From Aureliella sp. (lineage in GTDB: Bacteria > Planctomycetota > Planctomycetia > Pirellulales > Pirellulaceae), in contig OY829846.1 of assembly GCA_963691875.1 (NCBI GenBank), positions 1,152,001-1,216,000 on the forward strand: a stretch of DNA of 64,000 bases. Direction: 5' to 3'. Below, one piece after another: positions 30,067 to 40,232 of this stretch. Each line of letters opens with the position of its first letter. The stretch's first letter is position 1. The notes under the pieces are model-generated. The model was not told where the DNA came from and did no database searches. It saw only the letters and a list, made by a program, of their open reading frames with translations. Made by a program: the position numbers and the translations under genes.

Positions 30067-31146
30067 CTAAAGATACTCTTCCCAGCCTCGGGTCTTGAGC
30101 TGCTTAACGACTTCGCGTACTCGTTCTTCTTCTGCGGTCGGAGCAACTAGAGTTGCGTTATCGGTATGCACCACGATCGCGTCTTGCAGGCCAATAGTAA
30201 CGAGCAAATGATCGTCATCGCCGTAGACAATCATTCGCTGCGACTGAATTGGCAAATACTTGCCGCGAACACAGTTGCCCTGCTCATCCGGTTCGGTTAG
30301 TCTACCGATCGATTGCCAGCTTCCTACATCGTCCCAGTTGAAAGTAGCTTCGATCACCGCGACGTCGTCATATCGTTCCATGACCGCGTAGTCGATCGAG
30401 CGGCCATCAATCTTTGGAAACTCGCGTTCGAGTGTGACTTGGAAGCCTGGCGTCCCCATCGCGGCGGAGATGGCGTCGATGTGCTTCATCATCTCGGGTT
30501 CAAATTTTCGCAGGGCGTTCAGGATGGTCGTGGCCCGCCACATGAAGATCCCACTGTTCCAGTCATAGTTACCAGCGGTCAAATAAGCTTCAGCTGTCTC
30601 ACGATTCGGCTTCTCTCGAAAGCACTCGACTTTGTAAGCGCCACCAATTCCGCCGCTCGAGAGCGGTTCGCCTCGCTGGACGTAGCCGAAGGACTCAGCG
30701 GCGTAACTTGGACGAATTCCAAACGTGACGATTCGATCTGGCGACTCCTCAATCAGCTTCACCCCATTGCTCATGCAGTCTTGAAACTGAGCGTCGGTGC
30801 TGATGATATGGTCAGCAGGTAGCACCAGCATGATAGCTTCGGGGTCCGCTGCGTAAACGAGCGACGCGGCCAGCGCCACGCAAGCCGCAGTGTCGCGTTT
30901 CATCGGCTCGCCCACAATTTGTTCAGGTGGAACGTCCTGCAGTTGCTCTCGCACCGCTTCCACCAAGTGTTTGTTGGTCATCACCAACGTATGCTCAGGA
31001 GAAATCAATCCACTAAGTCGGTCGTGCGTGGCTCGCAACATCGAAGCCGAGCCAACAAGCTGCAACAACTGCTTTGGGTTCTGATTGCGACTGGCGGGCC
31101 AAAAGCGGGTTCCGGACCCACCAGCCATAATGACTGCGTGAAGCAA
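30067..31146 (-). CDS. manC: Mannose-1-phosphate guanylyltransferase
   Basis: AVIMAGGSGTRFWPASR, EPMKRDTA, VLPADH, FREKP, WNSGIF, SIDYAVME, WDDVGSW. TTG start with GGAG RBS. Confidence 0.92.
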   Translation of the reverse strand: MLHAVIMAGGSGTRFWPASRNQNPKQLLQLVGSASMLRATHDRLSGLISPEHTLVMTNKHLVEAVREQLQDVPPEQIVGEPMKRDTAACVALAASLVYAADPEAIMLVLPADHIISTDAQFQDCMSNGVKLIEESPDRIVTFGIRPSYAAESFGYVQRGEPLSSGGIGGAYKVECFREKPNRETAEAYLTAGNYDWNSGIFMWRATTILNALRKFEPEMMKHIDAISAAMGTPGFQVTLEREFPKIDGRSIDYAVMERYDDVAVIEATFNWDDVGSWQSIGRLTEPDEQGNCVRGKYLPIQSQRMIVYGDDDHLLVTIGLQDAIVVHTDNATLVAPTAEEERVREVVKQLKTRGWEEYL

Positions 31147-31844
31147 ATCGAGTCTCCATTCCAAGGTAGGGCAATGGCACCGGTGGTCAGTGCCGTCGAT
31201 TAGGGCATTCAAATTTTATGACTTCTGGCGACTCTTCACCACCGTAGACTTTCTCGATCGCCGTTACGAATCGAGAGGAGGTGTAATGAGCCGCAACACG
31301 CCATTAGAGGGACGTTGTGGAGGGTCGGGCCGCGATAGAGTCAGTTCGCTGCGTTCAAAGAATGCACATCTGCACCGAACCAGCAGACTTGAGTTCTGAC
31401 TGTGTATGTTTGTAGACGGCTGACTTCTGTGGGAAACGTGTTTGCACCATGCTCCTTCGTCTGAGTTGCATAAACAGGAATTGTACAATGCACCGGTGCA
31501 CCAGTTAGACCAAAAGAGTCCTCGGTACAAGGAGTTGCTATATTTCAGATCGCGTGTCCAAGAATGTCTGACATGGCCTGCGATGTTCGGGGTGCTAGGT
31601 CACGCAATCACCGTCTCGACTCGCTCCGCTTGAGGGGACGAGCGGCGTTCATTTCGGGGGAGTGGCGGGGGGGCGGGGTTCGATTGGAACCGCTGGGAGT
31701 TGTTGCCAATCCGGACCGGCAAGCTAAAACTGTACAACAGTTGGCTGATTTCAGCCAAGCTCGCGGGCTCGTCCTACAGGGCTTTCCACTAGCTGAAGAA
31801 GATTAGCCTGTACTCACCATTCCGCCCAAGTGCTTGGAGTTTCC

Positions 31845-33584
31845 ATGACGCATCGACGGGAGTTTGAGAACCCGCAGATAAGCAATCCAACGCTTTCTGC
31901 CGGTCAATTGCAGAAGATCTTGAATATCCAGCGGCAAGTCGTAGAACAGGCCGTTATTGCTACAGATCACAATAAGTTGCTTGATGAACTGTGCCTGCTC
32001 GCGGAGTCTTATACTGCCAACTCCGTTGCCTCGATCATGCTTTATGACGAGCAAAGAAAGCAACTGTATGTTGAGCACGGCCCTAGTTTGAGTCCAGAGG
32101 CAGTCGACGCTTTCAACGGTTTAGATTCCGGTGATGGCTCTTGTGGAAACGCCGTTTATCATTCCGAACCAATGTATGTTTGCAACACCTTCGAGGATCG
32201 GCGTTGGATACGAATTGTCGACGTGGCTCGTCGTTTTGGCATCTGCTCTTGCTTCTCTTTTCCCATCTTCGACAAAAACAGAGAGGCGATCGGTTCGTTC
32301 GCAATAAGCAGTTTTGAGCACCGCACACCAGAAGGTTTTCATCGGGCTTTGCTTGAGACATGCACCTCGATTGCCGGTGTATTGATTCAGCGCCGCGAAG
32401 ACGAGAAATTGCAGCGGAAAGTGTTTGAAGAGCAGATGAAGAGGGAGAAGCTAGAGTCACTCGCGGTTCTGGCAGGCGGAGTTGCGCATGATTTCAATAA
32501 TTTGCTCGCTGCAACAATGGCCAACGTCGATTTCGTTGCAGAGCAGACGACAGACACGTTTGCAAAGGAGAGCTTGGAGCTGGCTCTTGACGCTATGGAA
32601 ACCGCGAGCGAACTCACTCGCCAACTGCAGACTTACTCCAGTGGTGGAGCGCTAGAGATCAAGCCAACGGACCTGCGAGAGCTTATCGACGAGTTCTCAG
32701 AGTTTGTATTGCATGGAATTCCTGTCCGTTTGAAACGCACAGGGTTGGGCGCTGACGAATTTCCAATACTCAATTTGGACTCGGTACAGATTGGTCAACT
32801 CATTCAAAACCTCGTCATCAATGCTCGGCAGGCAATGCCGGAAGGCGGAACAATCGAAATTCACTGCTCAGCAGTTCACGTTGTGGGGCGTGCCAATCTT
32901 CAAGATGGCAAGTATTTGCTCATTCATGTCACAGATCAGGGATCAGGTATTCCAGAAGAAACACGAGGAAGAATCTTTGACCCACACTTTACGACTCGTG
33001 CCGAAGGTACCGGACTTGGCCTTTTTCTCTGCTACTCAATTGTAGAGAACCACGGCGGCACAATCGAATTATAGGAGAGCGGTGAGAAGGGCTCGCGGTT
33101 TGCTATCTATCTTCCCATTAACGCTGCAGACTCTTTGGAATTAAAAAATATCGAAAGCGCAATCAGTCCTGATAGAGGCGGCGTAGCCTTGGTCATGGAT
33201 GACGAAGAAATGATGCGCAAAACTCTAGAAAGAATACTGCCTCCGATGGGATTCGCAGTAACTGCTGTTTCTGATGGAGAAGAAGCGTTGAGTCACACCA
33301 GAAAAATGCTTGCCTCCGGAGATCAGCTCGATTTGGCCATCCTTGACCTCACCATTCCAGGCGGAATGGGAGGCGTCTAAACTCGCAAAGAACTGGCAAA
33401 ATTATCACCGCAAACCAAAGTAATCCTGACAACTGGGTACAGCACTGGGAAGTCCATCGAGTCCTTTCGTGACTGTGGCTTTTATGGTGTGATTGCCAAG
33501 CCGTTTCGCATGGATGGCCTCATCCGCGTCATTGGCGAAACCTTAAGCTCTCCATTGGATATGAGGAAAAACAGCACGGGATAG
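31845..33584 (+). pseudogene. GAF-HisKA-HATPase-REC hybrid histidine kinase interrupted by two in-frame stops (TAG 33072-33074, TAA 33378-33380)
   Basis: GAF (GSCGNAVY), H-box GGVAHDFNNLL, NLVINARQAM, DQGSGI, GTGLGL, then HGGTIEL*ESGEKGSRFAIYLP, VMDDEE, ILDLTIPGGMGGV*TRKEL, ILTTGYS, IAKPF. All in one frame, ending at TAG 33582-33584. Confidence 0.85.
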
Positions 33585-33618
33585 TTGTGTATCTACCTCC
33601 ATAGAGACAGTGAGCCGC

Positions 33619-34755
33619 TCAGTAAATGCTTGAATTCTCCTGAAACACCAGCTGCAAAAACTTCGGTAAGTAGTCATCGCGCCAGACGCTCCAGTTGTGC
33701 GAGCCCCTGGTTTCAACGTAGTCATGCGCGATCTTAGCTTCTTTCAGTGCGGCGACAAAGCTCTGATTTCGCTCCAGCAGAAAGTCCTTGTCACCGCAGG
33801 CGATCCAGAGCTTGCGCAGACTCTTCGAGTTCTTCTTGAGCCCGGGAAAATCCTTGCCCAATGAGTCGCCGCTAGGAGCTGCCGCACTGAAAGCACCGAC
33901 CCAGCCGAATGTATCGAGATTGCCAAGGCCGATTCGCAGCGAGTGACCGCCCCCCATCGAAAGCCCCACAATCCCGCGCGCGTCCGTCGAGTCCTTGCAG
34001 CGATAATACTTCTCTACCAACGGAAGCACTTCGGTCATAACATCTTGTTCCATCTTCGCATCGTTGCGGCTGCCGTAGTCACTCTGACGCTTGCCGTATG
34101 GCAGAGGTTCGGGGTGACCGTAAGGCATCACGATGATCATCGGCTTCATTTTTTTCTGGGCAAGCAGATTGTCGGCAATCCAGTTCGCTCTTCCGACTTC
34201 CGTCCAGGCGAGATAGTCGTCTCCGAAACCGTGTAGCAGGAACAGAATCGGATAGTCCTGTCTGCCGTTCTCGTATCCCGGCGGAGTGTACACCAATACA
34301 CTTCGATCACCTCCTGTGACCTTAGATGCATAAGTATGTGAATGCATTGAGCCGTGCGGCACCATCTGTTTCTCAGACAATAGCGCAGGCTCACCGGGTA
34401 CTTCCACGAGACTCGCTAAGGAGTACCACTTCTTGACCCAACGATTGAGAGGGTCAATCTGGCGGTTTCCATCCACATTGAAACTGTACTCATGGATACC
34501 AGGAGGAAGTGCCTTTGATCGCCCTTCCCACAACCCCGACGCTCCTTTTTGCAATTCAATTTTGCCATCGGGAACGCGAGAGATTTGCACAGTGACCGAT
34601 TCTGCCTTAGGGGCCATATGCCTTATCGTCACACTGCCGTCTCCGTGTACTTCCGGTGACTTCACTCGCTGAGCATTACAGTTGCTTGCGATCGCAGCGA
34701 CAGTGATCGCAGTTACGAATCGGAAATAAAATTTGTTCGAAAGTAGAGCTTGCAT
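33619..34755 (-). CDS. Secreted esterase (Ig-like/CBM48-type domain + CE1-like esterase)
   Basis: SPEVHGDGSVT, VYTPPGYE, LLHGFGD, GLSMGGG, IACGDKDFL, GSHNWSVWR. Confidence 0.88.
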   Translation of the reverse strand: MQALLSNKFYFRFVTAITVAAIASNCNAQRVKSPEVHGDGSVTIRHMAPKAESVTVQISRVPDGKIELQKGASGLWEGRSKALPPGIHEYSFNVDGNRQIDPLNRWVKKWYSLASLVEVPGEPALLSEKQMVPHGSMHSHTYASKVTGGDRSVLVYTPPGYENGRQDYPILFLLHGFGDDYLAWTEVGRANWIADNLLAQKKMKPMIIVMPYGHPEPLPYGKRQSDYGSRNDAKMEQDVMTEVLPLVEKYYRCKDSTDARGIVGLSMGGGHSLRIGLGNLDTFGWVGAFSAAAPSGDSLGKDFPGLKKNSKSLRKLWIACGDKDFLLERNQSFVAALKEAKIAHDYVETRGSHNWSVWRDDYLPKFLQLVFQENSSIY

Positions 34756-35015
34756 GTCTGCGCTGCGATTTGAGTAGAAACAAGAGGAAGCTTCTTAGGA
34801 TACACCTTCCCGGCGACTTTTGCTGAAGCGAATGCTATCGTTTTTCACGCGCATGGGTTACTGATTCACGCCAGAAGCTATTGCTCTACTCCTCAATTTA
34901 GTTCTCATTCTTAATCTCTGACTTAGTCCTGCGCGTACTCCTGCTCGAAGAGGCGGATCTTGCGTGCCGAATCGTCTTTTCTGCCCACGAACATTGGTCG
35001 CGCCTTAACACTACG

Positions 35016-35045
35016 AAAAAAGGCACCTCAATGAAGGTGCCTTTT
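35016..35045. terminator. Intrinsic terminator downstream of fdxA (potentially bidirectional)
   Basis: AAAAAAGGCACCT-caatga-AGGTGCCTTTT perfect stem with A and T tracts. Confidence 0.8.
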
Positions 35046-35080
35046 CTACAGTCTATTTCGTCGCTCACGATCGCTGAATT

Positions 35081-35359
35081 TTAGCTATCGGTCAGCGGAG
35101 TCTTCTTCTCGGTGATAACTTCGCACTCCTCGGCCTTTTCAGCGTTTAGTGCAATGTAGCTTTGCCATTCTTCTGGCAGGTTGTCTTCATGAAAGATTGC
35201 TTCAACAGGGCACTCAGGCACACAGGCCTCACAATCGATGCACTCATCGGGGTGGATGTACAACATCTTCTCCCCTTCGTAGAAACATTCGACCGGACAA
35301 ACCACGACGCAGTCTGTGTAGCGGCATCCATCACAGGGTTGTGCAACGACGTGAGTCAT
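35081..35359 (-). CDS. fdxA: 7Fe/8Fe dicluster ferredoxin
   Basis: [21 protein letters not shown] and [16 protein letters not shown]. Confidence 0.93.
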   Translation of the reverse strand: MTHVVAQPCDGCRYTDCVVVCPVECFYEGEKMLYIHPDECIDCEACVPECPVEAIFHEDNLPEEWQSYIALNAEKAEECEVITEKKTPLTDS

Positions 35360-35725
35360 GCTGAATTACCTTTCTATGCAAAATCGAAAAACGGTGTTTT
35401 TCAGAGTCAAATTGACGAAAAAGGGCTTTCAGCTCGTCAGCGGTCCTGCCGGTAGTGAGCCGAAAACTCCTCGGCTGATGGTATAGCTGCCTTTGGGGAG
35501 TGTCAAGCTAAGGCGTTGCCCTGAAAGGACATCGGTTATTTGCCCAAGTGAAATAAGTCGTTTTCTCTAGCTTGATTGAGCTTTGTCGTCCACCTACCAT
35601 AGAAGAGGGGATTCAGGGCTCAAGTGGGCTCATTTGCTGGGCAACACCGCAAATGACGTTCCGATGGGCCAAGTCCACTCTGTGCTGATGCACAGCCTTT
35701 TCTACTTGAATTCTGGCTGACTTCC

Positions 35726-36277
35726 ATGGTGCTCTCGGATCGCGATCGAGATTTGATGACACGTTGCCTTTCAGGCAACGATGGAGCATGGGAAGACTTT
35801 ATCGATCGCTATCTAGCCCTCATTACTCATGTAGTGACGCGATCGGCCAATCTGAAGTTCCCCAGTCTGCCGACTTACGTTCGAGACGATATCGTAGCTG
35901 AGATCCTTCTAGCCTTGGTGGATAACGATTTCGCGATATTGCGACGCTTTCGCGAACAGAGTTCGCTTGGAACTTATTTGGTCGTAATCGCACGTCGAAT
36001 CACAGTGCGGCGTCTGAGTCGGATTCCGGCACCCAAGTCGCTCGAACTTGATGTCGAACAATCGCAAACACCGCAGTCATCCCAGCTGGAGGATAGCGAG
36101 GATGTGCAACAGCTGTTGAGTGAGATGGAGGACCAAGAAGCGACAGCGATTCGCCTGTTTCACCTTGAGCATCAGAGTTACAGCGACATTGGTCAGCACA
36201 TGGGAATACCCGAGAACAGTGTTGGACCTTTGCTAAGCCGCGCTCGCAAGAGCATGCGAATGCTCCGCGAATCTTAA
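35726..36277 (+). CDS. ECF-type RNA polymerase sigma-70 factor
   Basis: AWEDFIDRY, SSLGTYLVVIARR, SYSDIGQHMGIPENSVGPLLSRAR. Confidence 0.88.
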   Translation: MVLSDRDRDLMTRCLSGNDGAWEDFIDRYLALITHVVTRSANLKFPSLPTYVRDDIVAEILLALVDNDFAILRRFREQSSLGTYLVVIARRITVRRLSRIPAPKSLELDVEQSQTPQSSQLEDSEDVQQLLSEMEDQEATAIRLFHLEHQSYSDIGQHMGIPENSVGPLLSRARKSMRMLRES

Positions 36278-36569
36278 CGCAAACTGTTTTTCCCACCTCG
36301 TATACGCCCGCCAGAGTGCACTATTTGGCAATTTACTCTCGGTCTCGGTATTTGAGATTACAGTATTCAAGAACCAGGGGAGATTGCAATGAGCGAAGAG
36401 CAAACACTACCTTCACCAAGCTCGTTCAAGTCCTACTTCAAACAGCTTTTAGTGTTGCACTTCCAGGTGCGGTGGGCGGCCTCGTTCTCGAACTGCTCAC
36501 CAAGAATCCAAAAGTCACGCCTGACGCTCCTGATCCTGCTGTTGAAAGTTAATCTGTCACCGAAACAAC

Positions 36570-37376
36570 AGGCGAATTTGACACTTCCAAATCGATTTGA
36601 ATGGTCAGCCGCTTCACAGATCTGGACAATCCAGTCTGCGGCCTGATTTTTCTTTAGTGATCCTTGCTGAAGTCGTTCCGCCAGGGAGCCGCCTTCCATA
36701 AACTTGCTGACGATAAAGGGCTCACTATCCTCGACTCCAAACTCTTACACTTCGACGACAGAAGGGTGGGATAACAGTGCGGCGGATTCCGCCTCCCGTT
36801 GAAAGTGAGGGTAGAGTTGTGATTCTTCGTCCAGGATTGCGGAACTTGAGATCTTGGTAGCGACAAAGCGTTTTCGTTGCGAGTCCCAAACGCGATACAC
36901 ACCCGCAAAACCAACTTCGGCTACTTTTTCGCGGTTTGTAAAACACGCCTCCTCGTCAAATTGATTCTCAGACGCTCGCCATAATTTCTCTGATTGCAAT
37001 TCAGCCAAGCTCTGAGATCGGCCAGATCTGGCAGGCAAGGCGTTACTCTTCTGCTCGAGGCTGCTCCGCTTCCTCTGCGGCATTTTCACGTCGAAGAAGA
37101 AAATCGTTGTTGAGCACATCCACCGCAAACTGCTTGTCGCGAAGACTCCTTGCTCTCTCGGAAGGACTCGCCGATGGTCGCCCACGCCAAGAAAATTGCC
37201 AAAGATGCTCGGGCAAATATCGCCTGAATCGACAACTCGGAGCAATAGGTAAAGGTCAATCGGAGACGAATTCGTCTCCGAATCTGCGGTGCGTATTCAC
37301 GGACAATCTGCTCAGCAGCAGCCCCATCTCCCGCTCTTAGTCTGCCAACCAATTCTGTACCTGTAAGATCGTTCAC
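36570..37376 (-). pseudogene. Collapsed relic of an ECF sigma factor / Ser-Thr kinase gene pair
   Basis: ECF N-terminus RLRAGDGAAAEQIVREYAPQIRRRIRLRL, frameshifting to RVVDSGDICPSIF. Then degenerate kinase subdomains EVGFAGVYRVWD, VATKI, FQREAESAALLSHPSVVEV*EFG, FIVSKFMEGGSL, QICEAADHS. No HRD or DFG. Confidence 0.8.
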
Positions 37377-37501
37377 GCTGCGCTAAATCGTGAACTATCC
37401 GTCGGACTGTCAAATGGATGAGCCGGCAAAGGCGGACTAAGCTCACTTGAACGATTCGGAAATCAGGTTATTCACAAGGCGATCACAACGAATCGCCGAA
37501 C

Positions 37502-38041
37502 CTAGTTAGCTTCTGCTGGCTTAGGCTCAGTCTCTCCCTCACCGCTTGACTGGGATGTGGGTGGACCAACGGCTTCGTTCTCAGGCTGCGGCTTCTCCTC
37601 CGGCGGCACGGCCGGCACTGACTTCTTTTCCGGCAGTTTACCATTCAATGCATCCAACAGTACTTGCTTATCCTGAGAACCAACAAGTGTTGCAGTAATT
37701 TCCCCGCCTTTGAAGACCAAGAAAGTTGGCACCACGCTGACTTGGAAGCGATCGGCCACTTCCTGAGCTGCAGGTGCGTTGATCTTTCCAATCATGAATT
37801 CCTGGTGATCCCGCGCCAGCTCTTTCAGAATTGGTTCCATCCGATCGCAAGGCGGACAATTGGGCCCCCAGAACTCGACCAAGACCGTCTGCTGCGTTCG
37901 AATCACGAGAGGGATAAAGTTTTCGGTGTCAAACGGGATCACGACCCCAGTCGGGCGATTCGATTTTTTCGGCTCAACAACATCTTGTTCGCACGCAGTG
38001 CACAACGGAATCAGGATCAAAAAAGCAAACAGCTTTCGCAT
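37502..38041 (-). CDS. Exported thioredoxin-fold protein, probable lipoprotein
   Basis: MRKLFAFLILIPLCTA-C lipobox-like signal, VLVEFWGPNCPPC active site, cis-Pro loop VVPTFLVFKGG, Pro/Glu-rich tail. Confidence 0.85.
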   Translation of the reverse strand: MRKLFAFLILIPLCTACEQDVVEPKKSNRPTGVVIPFDTENFIPLVIRTQQTVLVEFWGPNCPPCDRMEPILKELARDHQEFMIGKINAPAAQEVADRFQVSVVPTFLVFKGGEITATLVGSQDKQVLLDALNGKLPEKKSVPAVPPEEKPQPENEAVGPPTSQSSGEGETEPKPAEAN

Positions 38042-38648
38042 CGAAGGAAGCCTCAATGGATCAATTTCTCGTAAAGTAAGAGTCTGGCCCAGGCGGCGTG
38101 ACTGGGACCGCATAAGGGCAGATCGAAGTTCAAATTTTTTGGTGGACTGCTACTTCGCAAATTTTCGTGAGGTGAAAGCGTCGAGTTGCGGCAGAAGGTT
38201 GCGGAATGCTTACGTATCTGCATTAAATTGTGTTTTCGACATCGCTGGCAATCCCACATTTTCTGAACCACCGTTCTCCAGATTAGCACAACTTCCCAGT
38301 CGCGGGGGCAGTTTACTATTCTGAACAGAATACAAGAAGCAGGGAAAAGAGCCGTTGGGGTTGCAGCCTGCAGCACGGAAATCGGACCGGACAATCGATA
38401 CGGTCGTTAGAGTCAAAATAGGAGGACCCGGCAATGCATGCTAATGGCGTAAACTTTGGTAATTCGGTAAGAAATGCTCGCACTCGGGGTCGAAACTGTT
38501 CGCGGAAGATTTACCGAGGAGTGCGCCATGGATGCCGTAACTCGACTGGCCGACCAATTACAAAAAACGGTTGTCGGCAGCGCAGCATACGTGCGAGCGG
38601 TAAGCAAACCTCACTCAATCCTGGACATGTCTAGTGGAGACTAAGGAA

Positions 38649-39248
38649 ATGTCATTACGAATTGTTGCTTTGTTGGCACTCGCTGCAAGCTTTACGTTTG
38701 CACCAGCCAACGCAAATGCTGGCCTTTTTGGCCTCCGCAGTCACGACTGTGACTGTGCTGCAGCTCCTAGCTGTGGATGTGAAATCGCTGAGCCTACTTG
38801 CGGTTGCGAAGTTGCTGAGCCCACTTGCGGAGTCGAAGTAGCTGCATGTGACCCTTGTGGTTGCAGTGCGCCTCGCATGGGCTTGCTGGCTCGACTAAAG
38901 GCTCGTTTCGCTGCTAAGAATGCTTGCTGCGACGCTGAGCCAACCTGCGGTTGCGAAATTGCTGAGCCTACTTGCGGTTGCGAAGTTGCTGAGCCTACTT
39001 GCGGTTGCGAAGTTGCTGAGCCTACTTGCGGTTGCGAAGTTGCTGAGCCTACTTGCGGAGTCGAAGTAACTGCATGTGACCCTTGCGGTTGCAGCACTCC
39101 TCGCGTTGGCCTGCTAGCTCGCCTTAAGGCGAAACTTAGCTCCATGTGCGACAAGGGTTGCGACATGGGTTGCGAGCCAACCTGCGGTTGCGAAATCGTT
39201 GAGCCAAGCTGCGGTTGCGAAGTAGCTCCTAGCTGCGGATGTGAATAA
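38649..39248 (+). CDS. Secreted cysteine-rich repeat protein
   Basis: AAGGA RBS, signal peptide ending ANA-G, 33 Cys, and 11 (E/A)P(T/S)CG(C/V)E units. Confidence 0.85.
   Translation: MSLRIVALLALAASFTFAPANANAGLFGLRSHDCDCAAAPSCGCEIAEPTCGCEVAEPTCGVEVAACDPCGCSAPRMGLLARLKARFAAKNACCDAEPTCGCEIAEPTCGCEVAEPTCGCEVAEPTCGCEVAEPTCGVEVTACDPCGCSTPRVGLLARLKAKLSSMCDKGCDMGCEPTCGCEIVEPSCGCEVAPSCGCE
38764..39245 (+). repeat. Intragenic 27-bp tandem repeat (GAGCCTACTTGCGGTTGCGAAGTTGCT = EPTCGCEVA)
   Basis: Three identical copies at 38964-39044, with diverged copies on both sides. Confidence 0.95.
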
Positions 39249-39252
39249 GCTC

Positions 39253-39317
39253 CTTTTTTGGGCTTCGGTCCAAAAAAAGAAATCTGCTTGCGGCGACAGT
39301 TTTGTCGCCGTTTTTTT
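39253..39317 (+). terminator. Tandem hairpins: a cUUCGg tetraloop stem followed by an intrinsic terminator
   Basis: TTTTTTGGGC-TTCG-GTCCAAAAAA (within 39253-39279), then GCGGCGACA...TGTCGCCG-TTTTTTT (39290-39317). Confidence 0.85.
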
Positions 39318-39480
39318 ATGCGCTAACAGAACGCGGAACAGTCCTTGCTCTTTGGCTAGAGCTCCTCGCATCGCATGCTTGATTTCCGCCTGCACAGCCA
39401 AGAGAATAAGTCGGCCAGCTTCCCCACCCTATTCCCCCAGCTCAGGATTTTGCTCTAGCGACGCAGCAAAACATCTATTC

Positions 39481-40224
39481 ATGCACGAACGAATCCGCAG
39501 CTTCTCGATGCGCCAAGTCGCTCCATTTTTGTTGTTTGCCATGCTTGGCTCTGGGGCTGTCGCTCAACCGACGAAACTAAAGAACGATTTGACTGCATGG
39601 ACCAGCATGTTCAATGGCAAGAACCTGGACGGCTGGACGGCAATGCCCGCCAATACGGCATCGGACTGGGTCGTCGAAGACGGCGCGATTATCGGCCGCG
39701 GGAGCAAGCACCGAAGCTATATTACCTGGAAGGACCAAGACGTAGCGAACTTTGAGATGCATTTAAGTTATCGCTTTCCCGGGAAAGGCAATAGCGGTGT
39801 TAGCATCCGAGCTGTGGTGGACGAAACAAAGAAACGTGATTTCAAGTGTTACCATGCCGACTTTGGTCACGTTGGCATTGGCAAAAACGTTCTTGGTGCC
39901 TGGGATTTCCACACCCCGGGAAGAACTGAACATCGCTGCTTTCGAGGAGACAGCTTAGTCATTGCACGCGATGACAAACCAACGGTCACGCAAATCAAAA
40001 ATGCGTTGCAACAAGAAGAGATTCATCAAGGCGGCTGGAACCGGGTGCGTATCGTTGCTCGCAACAACCACTTTGAGCTGTATCTCAATGGCAAGCTTTC
40101 ATCAGAGTTTACCGAATATCTTCCTGAAGCGAGAAGGCTGAAGTCTGGCATGATTCAATTGCAACTGCACGATCCAGGTATGGAAGTGCAATTCAAGGAC
40201 CTTAGTATTCGCCTCTTCGATTGA
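39481..40224 (+). CDS. DUF1080 (3-keto-disaccharide hydrolase-like) secreted protein
   Basis: MFNGKNLDGW, WVVEDGAIIG, GNSGV, WNRVRI, SGMIQLQLH, VQFKDL. Start is at 39481 or 39508. Confidence 0.85.
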   Translation: MHERIRSFSMRQVAPFLLFAMLGSGAVAQPTKLKNDLTAWTSMFNGKNLDGWTAMPANTASDWVVEDGAIIGRGSKHRSYITWKDQDVANFEMHLSYRFPGKGNSGVSIRAVVDETKKRDFKCYHADFGHVGIGKNVLGAWDFHTPGRTEHRCFRGDSLVIARDDKPTVTQIKNALQQEEIHQGGWNRVRIVARNNHFELYLNGKLSSEFTEYLPEARRLKSGMIQLQLHDPGMEVQFKDLSIRLFD

Positions 40225-40232
40225 AAATAGAA

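Noticed and set aside
34884..34948. Decayed hexamer repeat, and a weak CACT heptamer at 56841-56870
   Set aside because: The periodicity is too degenerate to distinguish from chance without a genome-wide search.
2..37376. Stop-codon reassignment or pyrrolysine explaining the in-frame stops
   Set aside because: Both TAG and TAA occur internally, and TAG terminates many intact genes at their expected ends (e.g. cysC, lptB, aspC).
38764..39245. 27-bp repeats as a CRISPR array
   Set aside because: Units are contiguous with no unique spacers, are in-frame coding, and no cas genes are present.
39241..39480. N-terminal extensions in the ORF track (DUF1080 from 39241, DUF1853 from 27413, aspC from 28473)
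   Set aside because: They run through terminators or neighbouring genes, or precede the family N-terminus; downstream starts fit better.
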